Part shown: piece by piece, positions 21,907 through 31,064 of the stretch
Position numbering within the stretch: the first letter of the stretch is position 1
How the letters are laid out: the number at the start of each line of letters is the position of its first letter
NCBI GenBank assembly: GCA_050949565.1
Contig: JBMNFY010000017.1
Coordinates: 1,472,001 to 1,536,000, forward strand
DNA: 64,000 nucleotides
Source of the DNA: Kiritimatiellia bacterium
Lineage (GTDB): Bacteria; Verrucomicrobiota; Kiritimatiellia; RFP12; UBA1067
Reading direction: 5' to 3'
Translations under genes and position numbers: made by a program
The notes under the pieces: model-generated
What the model was told of the DNA's origin: nothing
Seen by the model: the letters and a program-made list of their open reading frames with translations, nothing else
Databases searched by the model: none

Positions 21907-22463
21907 TTATTCACCCAGCGGAATCACCGCCTTGACGCGGTAGAACTGCGCGGCGGGCGGCGGACCGGCGGGGGGTGCGGTGTCGACCTCGCGCGTCATG
22001 GTGGCGCCCGCGTCGGGAACCATCACGCCCAAGCCCGTCGGCGACCGGTCATTGGTCGACAGCGTCGGCGACCGCCACAGTTCGTAGAAGCGGGTCTGCT
22101 CAACGGTCCACGTCAGGCGGTTGGTCGTGCTGGACCGCGAGAACGCGGTGAAGGCCAGTCGCGACTGGCCGTCCAGCGGGTCGGTGTCGGCGCCGTATTC
22201 GTCAATGTCGCACACGCCGTCGCCGTCCGCGTCGTGCGCCCCGCCCTCCAGGGCGGTGAGGCCGCCGGTCATCCGCATCTCCCACGGGTCGGGGATGCCG
22301 TCACCATCGCTGTCCGGGCCCGCGCTCAGCACCGTCGTGCGGACGCCGCCGAGGCTGATCCAGCCGAGGTTTGCGCCCCACGCGCAGCCGCTCAGGTCGC
22401 CGGTTACGAGATTCACCTGCGGGTCGCCCGTCTCCTCAAAGGCGATCCAGCCCGCGTTCGCGC
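21907..22463 (-). pseudogene. 5'-truncated secreted protein with WGxNxGWI repeats, DxDGDG Ca-binding motifs and an FYRV C-terminus
   Basis: The frame extends upstream as SANAGWIAFEETGDPQVNLVTGDLSGCAWGANLGWISL but meets a TGA at ~22464-22466; no start codon or signal peptide. Contains DSDGDGIPDPWE and DADGDGVCDIDEYGADTDP. Confidence 0.75.
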
Positions 22464-22844
22464 TTCACCCACACCCGCGTCATCACCCGGCTCTCGACCG
22501 ATGCGGATGCCCTCGACGATCCCTTTGTCGCCGCCGCCCTGCGCTTCGTGCGCAACAACCTCTCCCAGAAACTCGATGCCGCCATGATCGCACGCAAGGT
22601 CGGCTACTCGAAACGGATGCTCCAGATCCGGGCCGAACATGCGCTCGGGCACACCCTTGGCGAGGAAATCCGGCGCATCCGCCTGGCCGCTGCACGTGAA
22701 CTCATCGCCGAGACCGACAATCCCCTTGCCGAAATCGCCGAGGACTGCGGCTTCAGCTCCGTCTCGCACCTCACGCTCCGCTTTCGTGAAGCGTTCAATA
22801 TGACGCCGCTCGCGTTCCGGCATTCACAGCCCTACCACCGTTAG
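22464..22844 (+). pseudogene. C-terminal AraC-type HTH half of an XylR-like regulator, 5'-truncated
   Basis: VITRLSTD..LDDPFVAAALRFVR...SKRML...EEIRRIRL..ARELI...LAEIAEDCGFSSVSHL..FR...MTP.AFR; the N-terminal ligand-binding domain is missing. Confidence 0.8.
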
Positions 22845-23017
22845 TGCCTTATCGACCGATAAGGCCAATAAAAAACAAGTTGTTTGTTTAACGCAGAGGC
22901 GCAGAGACGCAGAGGTTTTTTTGGAGGGAACGCGCTCCCGGACAAACTAATGCACTAAGTAACTAACGCACTAATTAACTTGGGTTGCGGGCTGCGCCCG
23001 CATTAGCAACCCGCCGA

Positions 23018-23046
23018 TTGACAAATCGGCGAGGCTGGCGTAACGT
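23018..23046 (+). promoter_or_regulatory. Putative sigma70 promoter of the RM operon
   Basis: TTGACA-17 nt-TAACGT, then GGGAGG at 23065 and TTG at 23078. Confidence 0.55.
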
Positions 23047-23077
23047 AGCCTTGTGTTGTGAGTCGGGAGGTTTTGTT

Positions 23078-24565
23078 TTGGTCGTCAACACAGACGCGAT
23101 AAGACTGGCGCTTTCTGCGCAGACAAAGGACGGCAAGAAGGCTCAACTTGGGCAGTTCTTGACGCCCTCGTCTGTTGCGTGCTTCATGGCGTCTCTTTTC
23201 TGCGCAGGCTCATTTTCAAAGTGCCGCCTTCTGGATCCGGGCGCAGGCATCGGTACGCTTTCTGCGGCCTTTCTTGACCGATGCATTGCGGGAAAGCTGC
23301 GCTTCCACCAGATTGATGTCGACACCTTCGAGATCGATAACTCGCTGCAACCTCATTTGTATCGCACGCTGGGGGCTTATCGCTCGCACATCAACTGCAG
23401 TGTGAAGGTGTGGGACGCCGACTTTATCGAAGCCGCAGCCTCGTCGCTTGCGGGAGATCTTTTCGCCCATTCATTGCCGAAGTATACACACGCGATACTG
23501 AACCCGCCCTACAAGAAGATTCGGAGCGATTCTGTCCACCGTTCGGCGCTGCGTCGTGTTGGTATTGAGACGGTAAACCTCTATTCCGCTTTTGTCGCCC
23601 TCTCATTAGAGTTGCTGGAAGAGGATGGGCAGTTGGTTGCGATCATTCCCCGTAGTTTCTGCAACGGCCCTTATTACAGACCGTTTCGTGAGTTGATGCT
23701 TAACCGTGCGGCACTCAAGCACCTGCACCTGTTTCACGCCCGAAATAAAGCCTTTCGCGACGACAATGTCCTGCAGGAGAATATCATCATTCAACTGGAA
23801 CGCGGGCGACAGCAGGGGCCCGTCACGGTGTCTGCATCCACGGACAACAGCTTCAGTGATTTTGCCAGTCAGGAATATCCTTTTGACAACATCGTCTTCC
23901 CTGATGACGCCGAGCGTTTTATTCGCGTGCCAATGGTTTCAAATATGGTGCCAGCCGTTCAAGCCTCAACGCTAGTGTCGAGCCTTGCGGATTTGGGTGT
24001 TTCCGTATCAACCGGGCCGGTCGTCGACTTCAGGGTGCGGCAGCACCTGCGTCAAGTCCCCGAGCCCGGTTCGGTTCCGCTTCTCTATCCCGGACATTTT
24101 TCCGGAGAGGGGTTTGAGTGGCCTAAAGACAATTTCCGCAAGTCAAACGCGATCATGCTGAATGCCGAGACCGAGAAATGGCTTTATCCGAAAGGCTTTT
24201 ATACGGTTGTCCGGCGCTTCTCTTCGAAGGAGGAAAAGCGGCGTATCGTCGCGAGCGTGGTTGATCCTTCGGCATTTCCAGATGCCGAGTGGCTGGGTTT
24301 CGAAAATCATCTCAACGTCTTCCATCGTGAACGGCACGGGTTGCCGGAGGACATCGCCTACGGGTTGACCGCCTTCCTCAACACGCGCGCCCTAGACACC
24401 TATTTCCGCAGTTTTAACGGTCACACGCAAGTTAATGCGACCGATCTCAGGCAATTACGCTATCCGAGTTTTCTATTGTTGTCCCGTCTCGGACGTTGGG
24501 TACGCAAGAACCCGCAAGCGGATCCCGATCAGGTTGATGAGAAAGTGATGGCGATTACCGCATGA
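23078..24565 (+). CDS. Type II N6-adenine DNA methyltransferase, BsuBI/PstI-like
   Basis: LGQFLTP, LLDPGAGIG (motif I), ILNPPY (motif IV), NLYSAF, IIPRSFCNGPYY, STGPVVDFR, RRFSSKEEKRR, FENHLN, FNGHTQVNATDL. Visibly lower GC than flanking genes. Confidence 0.92.
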   Translation: MVVNTDAIRLALSAQTKDGKKAQLGQFLTPSSVACFMASLFCAGSFSKCRLLDPGAGIGTLSAAFLDRCIAGKLRFHQIDVDTFEIDNSLQPHLYRTLGAYRSHINCSVKVWDADFIEAAASSLAGDLFAHSLPKYTHAILNPPYKKIRSDSVHRSALRRVGIETVNLYSAFVALSLELLEEDGQLVAIIPRSFCNGPYYRPFRELMLNRAALKHLHLFHARNKAFRDDNVLQENIIIQLERGRQQGPVTVSASTDNSFSDFASQEYPFDNIVFPDDAERFIRVPMVSNMVPAVQASTLVSSLADLGVSVSTGPVVDFRVRQHLRQVPEPGSVPLLYPGHFSGEGFEWPKDNFRKSNAIMLNAETEKWLYPKGFYTVVRRFSSKEEKRRIVASVVDPSAFPDAEWLGFENHLNVFHRERHGLPEDIAYGLTAFLNTRALDTYFRSFNGHTQVNATDLRQLRYPSFLLLSRLGRWVRKNPQADPDQVDEKVMAITA

Positions 24566-25506
24566 CCAAAAACGTCAAACAGGCACTGCAGGTTCTATCA
24601 GAACTTGGCTTTCCCCGCGCCCAACAAAATGAGCGATCGGCGCTTTGTCTCTTGTCTCTTCTCGGAATGACTCGCAACAAAACGTGGGCACAGGCTTCGA
24701 GCCCACTTATGGGGATAACGCCGATCATGGATTGGGTAATGCTCCACTACAAGAAAAAATACGCGCCCAACACGCGGGAGACCATCCGTCGGCAAACCAT
24801 GCATCAGTTTGTTGATGCAGGGCTCGCCATCTACAATCCTGACGATCCCGCTCGCCCTGTGAACAGTCCGCATGCCGTTTATCAGATCGACCAGACGGCT
24901 CTAAACTTGTTGCGTACCTTTGGCTCGCCCGCATGGAAAGCGAACCCGAAAAGTTATCTGGCAGATCGCCCGTCCTTGGCAGAAAAGAACGCACGACGGC
25001 GTACCCTCAAAAAAATTCCGGTCGAAATTGCTCCCGGCCGGAAGATCAAACTGAGTCCGGGGGCTCACAGCGAGCTTATCAAAGCTGTGATTGAGTCCTT
25101 CGCGCCTCGATTCGCCCCTGGATGCACGCTTGCTTATGCGGGGGACACGGGCGAAAAGTGGGGATACTTCGACGAAGAACTATTGGAGAAACTGGGTGTT
25201 TCTCTTGATGCGCATGGCAAAATGCCGGACGTGGTTCTCTTCGATCAAGCAAGGAATTGGCTGTTACTGGTTGAATCGGTGACCAGTCACGGGCCTGTGG
25301 ACGCAAAACGTCATCGCGAGTTGTCGCGCCTGTTTGCGCAATCGACGGCGGGGTTGGTTTACGTGACCGCCTTCCCCGATCGTGCCGTCATGTCGCGTTA
25401 TCTTGCTGAGATCGCATGGGAGTCGGAGGTGTGGGTGGCAGATGCGCCGACTCACCTGATCCACTTCAACGGCACCCGTTTTCTGGGGCCTTACGATCCG
25501 TGTTAG
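24562..25506 (+). CDS. BsuBI/PstI family type II restriction endonuclease
   Basis: QQNERSALCLL, YAPNTRETIRRQTMHQF, LSPGAHSELI, FAPRFAPG, HGKMPDVV, ESVTSHGP, IAWESEVW, HLIHFNG.RFLGPY; ATGA overlap with the methyltransferase stop. Confidence 0.93.
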   Translation: MTKNVKQALQVLSELGFPRAQQNERSALCLLSLLGMTRNKTWAQASSPLMGITPIMDWVMLHYKKKYAPNTRETIRRQTMHQFVDAGLAIYNPDDPARPVNSPHAVYQIDQTALNLLRTFGSPAWKANPKSYLADRPSLAEKNARRRTLKKIPVEIAPGRKIKLSPGAHSELIKAVIESFAPRFAPGCTLAYAGDTGEKWGYFDEELLEKLGVSLDAHGKMPDVVLFDQARNWLLLVESVTSHGPVDAKRHRELSRLFAQSTAGLVYVTAFPDRAVMSRYLAEIAWESEVWVADAPTHLIHFNGTRFLGPYDPC

Positions 25507-25683
25507 CCTAACGCGGGCGGCGCCCGCAACCCTCGCCCCAGCCCTTTCCCAGCGGGAGGGGGTGAAAACAACTTGTTTTTTATTGACTTTATCGGCTGGT
25601 AAGGCACTAAGGAGAGTGGTACATGTTCAGATCCGTACGGTTCTTTTTCCTGTACGCCGTAAGCTGCCTACCGGTATTGGTGT

Positions 25684-28587
25684 CTACGGATTTTCGGGCA
25701 TAGGGACAGGATCACCCTTGAACTGCTTTTCCAACCAGACCTTTTCGTACCGGCCGTAGAATGTAGCGTTGAGGTCAATCCAGGCGGCGATGACGCGCTT
25801 CTCTTCAGGCGTGACGCGTGAGGCGTGTTTGCCCTGCGAAAGCTTGTGGAGGAGTCCGGAGCCGAGGGCGTTCACCCCCGGTCCTTCGGGTGTGGTCTGT
25901 ACTTGGTTGTATTCCGGCCAGCAGGGAACCATCGGCACAACCGTGCCGTCCGCCTTTTTGTATGTGCGGCGTTTCCAATACGCGAAGAGTTTGTTCGAAA
26001 AAGATTTCGCACCGGTCGACTCATCTGTGAAGCACAGCGTTGCATAGGCACGCGAAAAGGGCGCATCCCATTCGCTTTGGAGATTGAAACGCGGATCGAT
26101 GGAGCGCGTGAGCGCAATGCCGCAAGGCGGATCATCGTCCCCGTGGCAACTGATACACTTTTTGTCGAGAATCGGCTGTACGTTCTCGACGAACCCCCAA
26201 GGACGCCCGCCTTCCGGTGGGACATCAAGCTCCTCGGCCGGGCGGTTCATCGCCTGACTCGTGGTCGCCGCAAACGGCGACACGGCGTGCTTGCTCTCAT
26301 GGCATCCCACACAGGAAACACGTTCACCCGGTTGCAGGTGAGTCAAGGACCGCATGGTGCGCCATGCGCAGCCATCTTGGTCGAGCACCTGAAAAAGAAT
26401 CGGACATCCCGCAGGCACATAGAAGCGAGCCGATCCGTCTTCTTCAATCGTCGCCGTCCCCAAGATCGCACGGGCGTTCTCATGGCCCGCCTGCCCCGTG
26501 AGCGGCGAGTACTGGTCGGGTGCCGTGCGCGGGAAGAGCTGCACGACGCGTATACGTTTCAACGTGCCGCGCGCGGCCTTGGTAAGACCTTGATAAACGT
26601 CGCTCATGAACACTTCGCCCTTCCCCTGCGCGGCGAGTTGGGGATCGCACCGTGACTGCAAGCGGGGAGGAGGCGTACGCGCCACGAGCGGTTCCGGTGC
26701 GTGTGCACCGATATACCCGTCGCGCCACAACACCTCGCGCGTGCCATCGGCGGAAAGGATGTAGAGACCGAGCGAGGCATCGGGGGCTGGACGCGAAGGT
26801 TCGTATTGCAGCGGCGCGCGGCTCCAGCAGATGAGAAACAGATCCTCGCCATACGGATAGGGGGAGTTGTACCAGTCGTTGTGGGCGTCGCGCGCAGTGC
26901 TCTCGGCCGGGTGCTTCATGGCGATTTCGGGATAGTGTCCGGGCGTGACGCGCGTAATCGCCGCTTGGCTGTTCGCGTCCACAGTCGGATCGATGAGGAT
27001 AAGCGGACCACCGGTTACAGCGTGATGGGCACTCGCAATACAAGCGATCTTGTGTGAACCGGGAATGGCTCGCGGCTGGAAGGTGCAATGGGGATCGGTG
27101 GTCTCATTGCCCCACACGGCCTCTGGATTCGTGCCGTCCTGACGCATGCTCCACAAATTCTGATGGCGAACGGCATCCCGGTCAATATAGTCCCATCGCG
27201 CAAAAAGAATCTCGCCATCGGCGCTGAGCGTCGGGAACCATTCCGCAACATCATTCCAGGAAAGCTGCGTGATAGCGCTGCCATCCGGCTTCATGCGGAA
27301 CATGCAGTAGGCCTGCCAGCGATTCGAATAGCCGTACCAGAAACAACGGCTCTGCGACCGGCGTCTGGTGGACATAAAGACAAGATCGCCATCTGGGAGC
27401 CAGCACGGCATGAAGTCCTCATAGCGGTCATTCGTGAGTTGCCGAAGGTCGGTGCCGTCAGCATTGACCGTGTAGAGGTGAAAGTAGTGGCTGTTTTCTC
27501 CCTGCTCATTCACCTTCATCGAATAGGGATTGAGCGGCCCATCTGTTTCCACAAAGGCAAAGACGATTTTCTTCGCATCAAAGGAGAGACGCGGCTCGAG
27601 GAACGAACCACGCGGGAGACGCCCGGCGATCAGGTCCTCGGTGGCCAGTGACTTACCCGGCTTGAGCAACTTGAGCAGAGTGCCTCCCGCACGCTGCCGC
27701 CACCCGAAGTATTGTGCCACACAATGATTCCAACTCACGCTGCGGCGCGTGTTGAAGACGATGCCATGGGCCAGCGTGGACACAAGGCGCGGATCAGCAA
27801 GAAGCCGCTCACGGCGGTCGAGACGCGCGGCGAGATAGTCACGCCAACCATCCTCAGAACAGTTCCATTTGTCATCGTCCGTCACCCATTCGGAGATGAC
27901 AGTCACCCAGAGGTCGGCACTCATGCCGGAAGGCGGCGCGAGACGGGAGGCGAACGAGCGGGCGATTACTTGAAGGCCGGCGAGACCGTTCCCGTCGAAC
28001 CGCCGCACAAACGGGCGCGCGTCTGACGACGCCGAGGTCACGGATACGGATGTTGCCGTGCATTCGAGCGACCAAGCAACGTCATTCTCGAAACCCACCA
28101 CGTAACCGCCGAAACCATCTTCCGGATTGCCGTCCACCACGGCGACGGCTGGTAGCAGCACCTCCGTTGCGGGAATCTGGTCACGGAAGAGACGCCCTGT
28201 CTTCCCCACGGCGAAGAGCCGGGGTTCGCTCACGGCGGGTTTTGCAGGCCCCCGCCCTTTCCAGAGCGAGCGCGTATCGCCCCGAAGCGGCGGGTTCGCG
28301 CGCGGCGCGGCCGACCAGTCGATGCGCACGCCCCGCTGGCTCATGAAAACCTCGGCGAATCGCAGGGCGGCCTTCTGTCCGCTCCATGCACGCGGAATCG
28401 GATCTTTGGTTTCGGCCAACGCGGGATCAACATCTTTCGGCGGCAGGCGACTCCAGTCGCCCGCGACGTCGATCTTCCTCATCCCCTCACGGGGCGTTCC
28501 GCTCTTTCCGGCCTCGGCGGCATATCCAGCGTGCAACGTGGTCAACACCAAGACAAACACTGTCCGCACAAATGGTTTCACGAACAC
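25684..28587 (-). CDS. Secreted HzsA-related protein (TolB-like propeller, hydrazine-synthase-alpha middle domain, two CxxCH haem motifs)
   Basis: Signal peptide; LRQLT...D..PCWLPDG..VFMSTR, RWDYIDR, ILGTA.IEEDGSA.F.VPA..PI.FQ.LD, MRS..LQPGERVSCVGCHE, VQPILDKKCISCH, WIDLNA.FYG. Confidence 0.85.
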   Translation of the reverse strand: MFVKPFVRTVFVLVLTTLHAGYAAEAGKSGTPREGMRKIDVAGDWSRLPPKDVDPALAETKDPIPRAWSGQKAALRFAEVFMSQRGVRIDWSAAPRANPPLRGDTRSLWKGRGPAKPAVSEPRLFAVGKTGRLFRDQIPATEVLLPAVAVVDGNPEDGFGGYVVGFENDVAWSLECTATSVSVTSASSDARPFVRRFDGNGLAGLQVIARSFASRLAPPSGMSADLWVTVISEWVTDDDKWNCSEDGWRDYLAARLDRRERLLADPRLVSTLAHGIVFNTRRSVSWNHCVAQYFGWRQRAGGTLLKLLKPGKSLATEDLIAGRLPRGSFLEPRLSFDAKKIVFAFVETDGPLNPYSMKVNEQGENSHYFHLYTVNADGTDLRQLTNDRYEDFMPCWLPDGDLVFMSTRRRSQSRCFWYGYSNRWQAYCMFRMKPDGSAITQLSWNDVAEWFPTLSADGEILFARWDYIDRDAVRHQNLWSMRQDGTNPEAVWGNETTDPHCTFQPRAIPGSHKIACIASAHHAVTGGPLILIDPTVDANSQAAITRVTPGHYPEIAMKHPAESTARDAHNDWYNSPYPYGEDLFLICWSRAPLQYEPSRPAPDASLGLYILSADGTREVLWRDGYIGAHAPEPLVARTPPPRLQSRCDPQLAAQGKGEVFMSDVYQGLTKAARGTLKRIRVVQLFPRTAPDQYSPLTGQAGHENARAILGTATIEEDGSARFYVPAGCPILFQVLDQDGCAWRTMRSLTHLQPGERVSCVGCHESKHAVSPFAATTSQAMNRPAEELDVPPEGGRPWGFVENVQPILDKKCISCHGDDDPPCGIALTRSIDPRFNLQSEWDAPFSRAYATLCFTDESTGAKSFSNKLFAYWKRRTYKKADGTVVPMVPCWPEYNQVQTTPEGPGVNALGSGLLHKLSQGKHASRVTPEEKRVIAAWIDLNATFYGRYEKVWLEKQFKGDPVPMPENP

Positions 28588-28706
28588 ATCTCCTTTTACC
28601 CACAGGAGCAGAGTATCAAACGCTTTTTCAGGCTGTCAATCGATAGCGTGAAAATGAGTCGTGTCTTTTCAAAGCGTGTACGGGTGTGGTTAAATAGTCG
28701 CCGTCT

Positions 28707-30752
28707 ATGTCCGGCAGAATTACAAATCAGGTGATCGAGGAAGTCCGTGCGCGCGTGGATATCGTCGAACTCATCGGCTCGCGCATGACGCTCAAGAAAG
28801 CGGGGAGTTCCTTCAAGGGGTGCTGCCCCTTCCACCGTGAAAAGACGCCCTCGTTCCACGTCAATCCCGTCAAACAGTTCTACCACTGCTTCGGCTGCGG
28901 CGAGAACGGCGATGTCTTTTCCTTCCTCATGAAGCAGGACGGACTGACCTTTCAGGACGCGGTGCGCACGCTGGCCGAGCGCGTGGGCGTGGCGATCACG
29001 GAGGAGGTCGATTACAACGCCAAGGGGCGCGAGATGCTGCTGGCTATCCATGCAGAGCTGACGGCGTTCTACCAGCGTTGCCTCGCCAAAACCCGCGAAG
29101 CAGAAACGGCGCGCAAGTATCTCGCCGACCGCAAGCTCCCCGCAGAGATCATTGAACGCTTCGGCATCGGCTACGCGCCGAGACGGCCGCACAACGCGCT
29201 GCTGAAATGGGCGCAGAAACACAACTACACGCCGGAGCAGCTTGTCGCCGCTGGTGTCCTCTCGCCACCCAACAAACCCGACCGACCGGATGACTACTAC
29301 GACCGCTTCCGTGGCCGCCTGATGTTTCCGATCTGCGACCGGCGCGGCCGCGTGGTGGCCTTCAGTGCGCGCATCCTCGACCCTAAATCGCATCCGGCAA
29401 AGTATGTCAACTCTCCCGAGACCGAGATCTTCACGAAGAGCCATGTGCTGTACGCGCTCGACAAGGCCGCCGCCAAGATCGTCAAGCATCCGCACCGCGA
29501 GGCGATCATCTGCGAAGGCCAGATCGATGTGATCCGCTGCCACGCCTGCGGCTTTGAGACAGCGGTCGCCTCGCAAGGCACCGCCTTCACGCCGGAGCAT
29601 GTCGCACTGCTCAAAAAACATGCCGACAGCGTGGTGCTGGCTTTCGACGGTGACAGTGCGGGGCGCAAAGCCGCGCTGCGCACCGGTGCGCTCTTCCTCG
29701 AAGCGGAGATGCCGGTGCGCGTCGCTTCATTGCCGCCGGGCGAAGATCCCGACTCGCTGTTGCGTGACAAAGGCCCCGCGCACTTCCGCGAGTTGCTGGA
29801 AGACGCGTCCTCCATCACCGCTTTTCAGATTGAGACTCTCTTGCAGGACGAGGAGCGCCCCGACGCCATCGACGCCGTCAACCGCGTCGCACGCGCCGTG
29901 CTGGAGATGCTCGCAACCTGTCCCGGCGCGGTGTTGCGCACCCGCCTGTTGCAAGAGGCGGCTGCGCGCCTACACATGCCCCTCTCAGCACTGGAGGCCG
30001 ATCTCGACAAGCACATCGAGACGTTGCGTCAACGCGCCGCCTATGCGCCGCCTCCACGTACTGCCGCCCCTCTACCCTCCCCAGCAGCAGGTGAGAGCGC
30101 GGAGGCACCGCCCGACGATCAACCGCAGGCGCCTGAACCGCCTTCACGCACCGAGTTTCTGCTGTGTGAGTTTTTGGTGGAACACGAACATGACGCCGAA
30201 GTGTTGGAACTGGTCGAACGGCATCTGCCGCTGGATCTCTTGCCGCATCCCTTCGCGCGTGCGTTGGTAGAGGCGCTCTTGACGCAGTGGCGCAGCGGCG
30301 GCGACCGTCTGGTAGAACTCTGCAAGTCGGTCGATCCGGCTTGGCAGCCGTTGCTCGGAAGGTTGCTGGCCAACAAGAACAAGATGCTGAGCGCACGCGA
30401 GATAACTAAGGACGAAGCGGCGCGTGACCTGATTCGAGCACTCTGGACGATGCGCCTCAAAGAGGTACGCAGCCGGCTCTGCGCCGACAGCTCGCCTGAG
30501 AACGACCGCCCGCGTTTTCACCTTTCGCTGTTGATCAAACAACTGGAGACCGCGCCTTGGGATACTGTCGCGGGTTTCCTCTGCGACGCCACGGCAGTCG
30601 CGCTTACTCCTGGGGCGGAGCGTCTGGATGATCTGCCGCCTTCGGCGACTGCGGCTGCACCTTGCGCACATGCAACGGATAGCGCATCCGCAACTGCTGA
30701 TCCAGCAGAATTTCCACCCAGTGAGTACCCTCCTGACGAAATGCCAGATTGA
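28707..30752 (+). CDS. dnaG: DNA primase
   Basis: CPFHREKTPSF...CFGCG zinc finger, YDRFRGRLMFPI, KYVNSPET, CEGQIDV, TOPRIM FDGDSAG and DPD. Confidence 0.97.
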   Translation: MSGRITNQVIEEVRARVDIVELIGSRMTLKKAGSSFKGCCPFHREKTPSFHVNPVKQFYHCFGCGENGDVFSFLMKQDGLTFQDAVRTLAERVGVAITEEVDYNAKGREMLLAIHAELTAFYQRCLAKTREAETARKYLADRKLPAEIIERFGIGYAPRRPHNALLKWAQKHNYTPEQLVAAGVLSPPNKPDRPDDYYDRFRGRLMFPICDRRGRVVAFSARILDPKSHPAKYVNSPETEIFTKSHVLYALDKAAAKIVKHPHREAIICEGQIDVIRCHACGFETAVASQGTAFTPEHVALLKKHADSVVLAFDGDSAGRKAALRTGALFLEAEMPVRVASLPPGEDPDSLLRDKGPAHFRELLEDASSITAFQIETLLQDEERPDAIDAVNRVARAVLEMLATCPGAVLRTRLLQEAAARLHMPLSALEADLDKHIETLRQRAAYAPPPRTAAPLPSPAAGESAEAPPDDQPQAPEPPSRTEFLLCEFLVEHEHDAEVLELVERHLPLDLLPHPFARALVEALLTQWRSGGDRLVELCKSVDPAWQPLLGRLLANKNKMLSAREITKDEAARDLIRALWTMRLKEVRSRLCADSSPENDRPRFHLSLLIKQLETAPWDTVAGFLCDATAVALTPGAERLDDLPPSATAAAPCAHATDSASATADPAEFPPSEYPPDEMPD

Positions 30753-31035
30753 TGAAGACCTCGACGGTGGTGGCGACCTGCTGGTCGTTCGTGAGGCGGA
30801 TCGGCACCGGCTGACCCTCGCCCACCACCGTCACGCCGTCCGGTGCCATGATGCGTGACTTCTGGGTAAACTCGCCCGCGCCCGCGCACCAACGGTTCAT
30901 CAAACAGATGCGCGGACAGACCGGCTGATTCACGGCCTGGACCAGGCCATCGAAAATGCCGATCAGCATGAACTTCCCGTTGCGCTCCTGACGCACGTCA
31001 TCACACAACAGACTCGCCTGCAGGTCGGGTATCAT
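30604..31035 (-). CDS. Conserved hypothetical protein (DUF6941-like)
   Basis: LLCDDVRQERNGKFMLIGIFD...F..EG.HWVEI; ATG with upstream GGAG; overlaps the dnaG 3' end. Confidence 0.75.
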   Translation of the reverse strand: MIPDLQASLLCDDVRQERNGKFMLIGIFDGLVQAVNQPVCPRICLMNRWCAGAGEFTQKSRIMAPDGVTVVGEGQPVPIRLTNDQQVATTVEVFINLAFRQEGTHWVEILLDQQLRMRYPLHVRKVQPQSPKAADHPDAPPQE

Positions 31036-31064
31036 AAACTGTCTCCTTGCATTGGGTGAGAGCG

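Larger units (their letters stand above)
22841..25610. mobile_element. Transposase-free cassette bounded by 45-bp terminal inverted repeats, carrying an RM system
   Basis: 22841-22885 TTAGTGCCTTATCGACCGATAAGGCCAATAAAAAACAAGTTGTTT versus 25566-25610 AAACAACTTGTTTTTTATTGACTTTATCGGCTGGTAAGGCACTAA (40/45 inverted match); second inner inverted pair at 22982-23006 / 25508-25532. Confidence 0.7.

Noticed and set aside
25502-25560. Possible integron attC site after the endonuclease (GTTAGCC/GCCTAAC)
   Set aside because: No matching GTTRRRY core at a suitable distance and no integrase; better explained by the inner inverted repeat.
25684-28587. Evidence of anammox metabolism
   Set aside because: Only a shared domain; no hzsB/hzsC or hydrazine dehydrogenase context.
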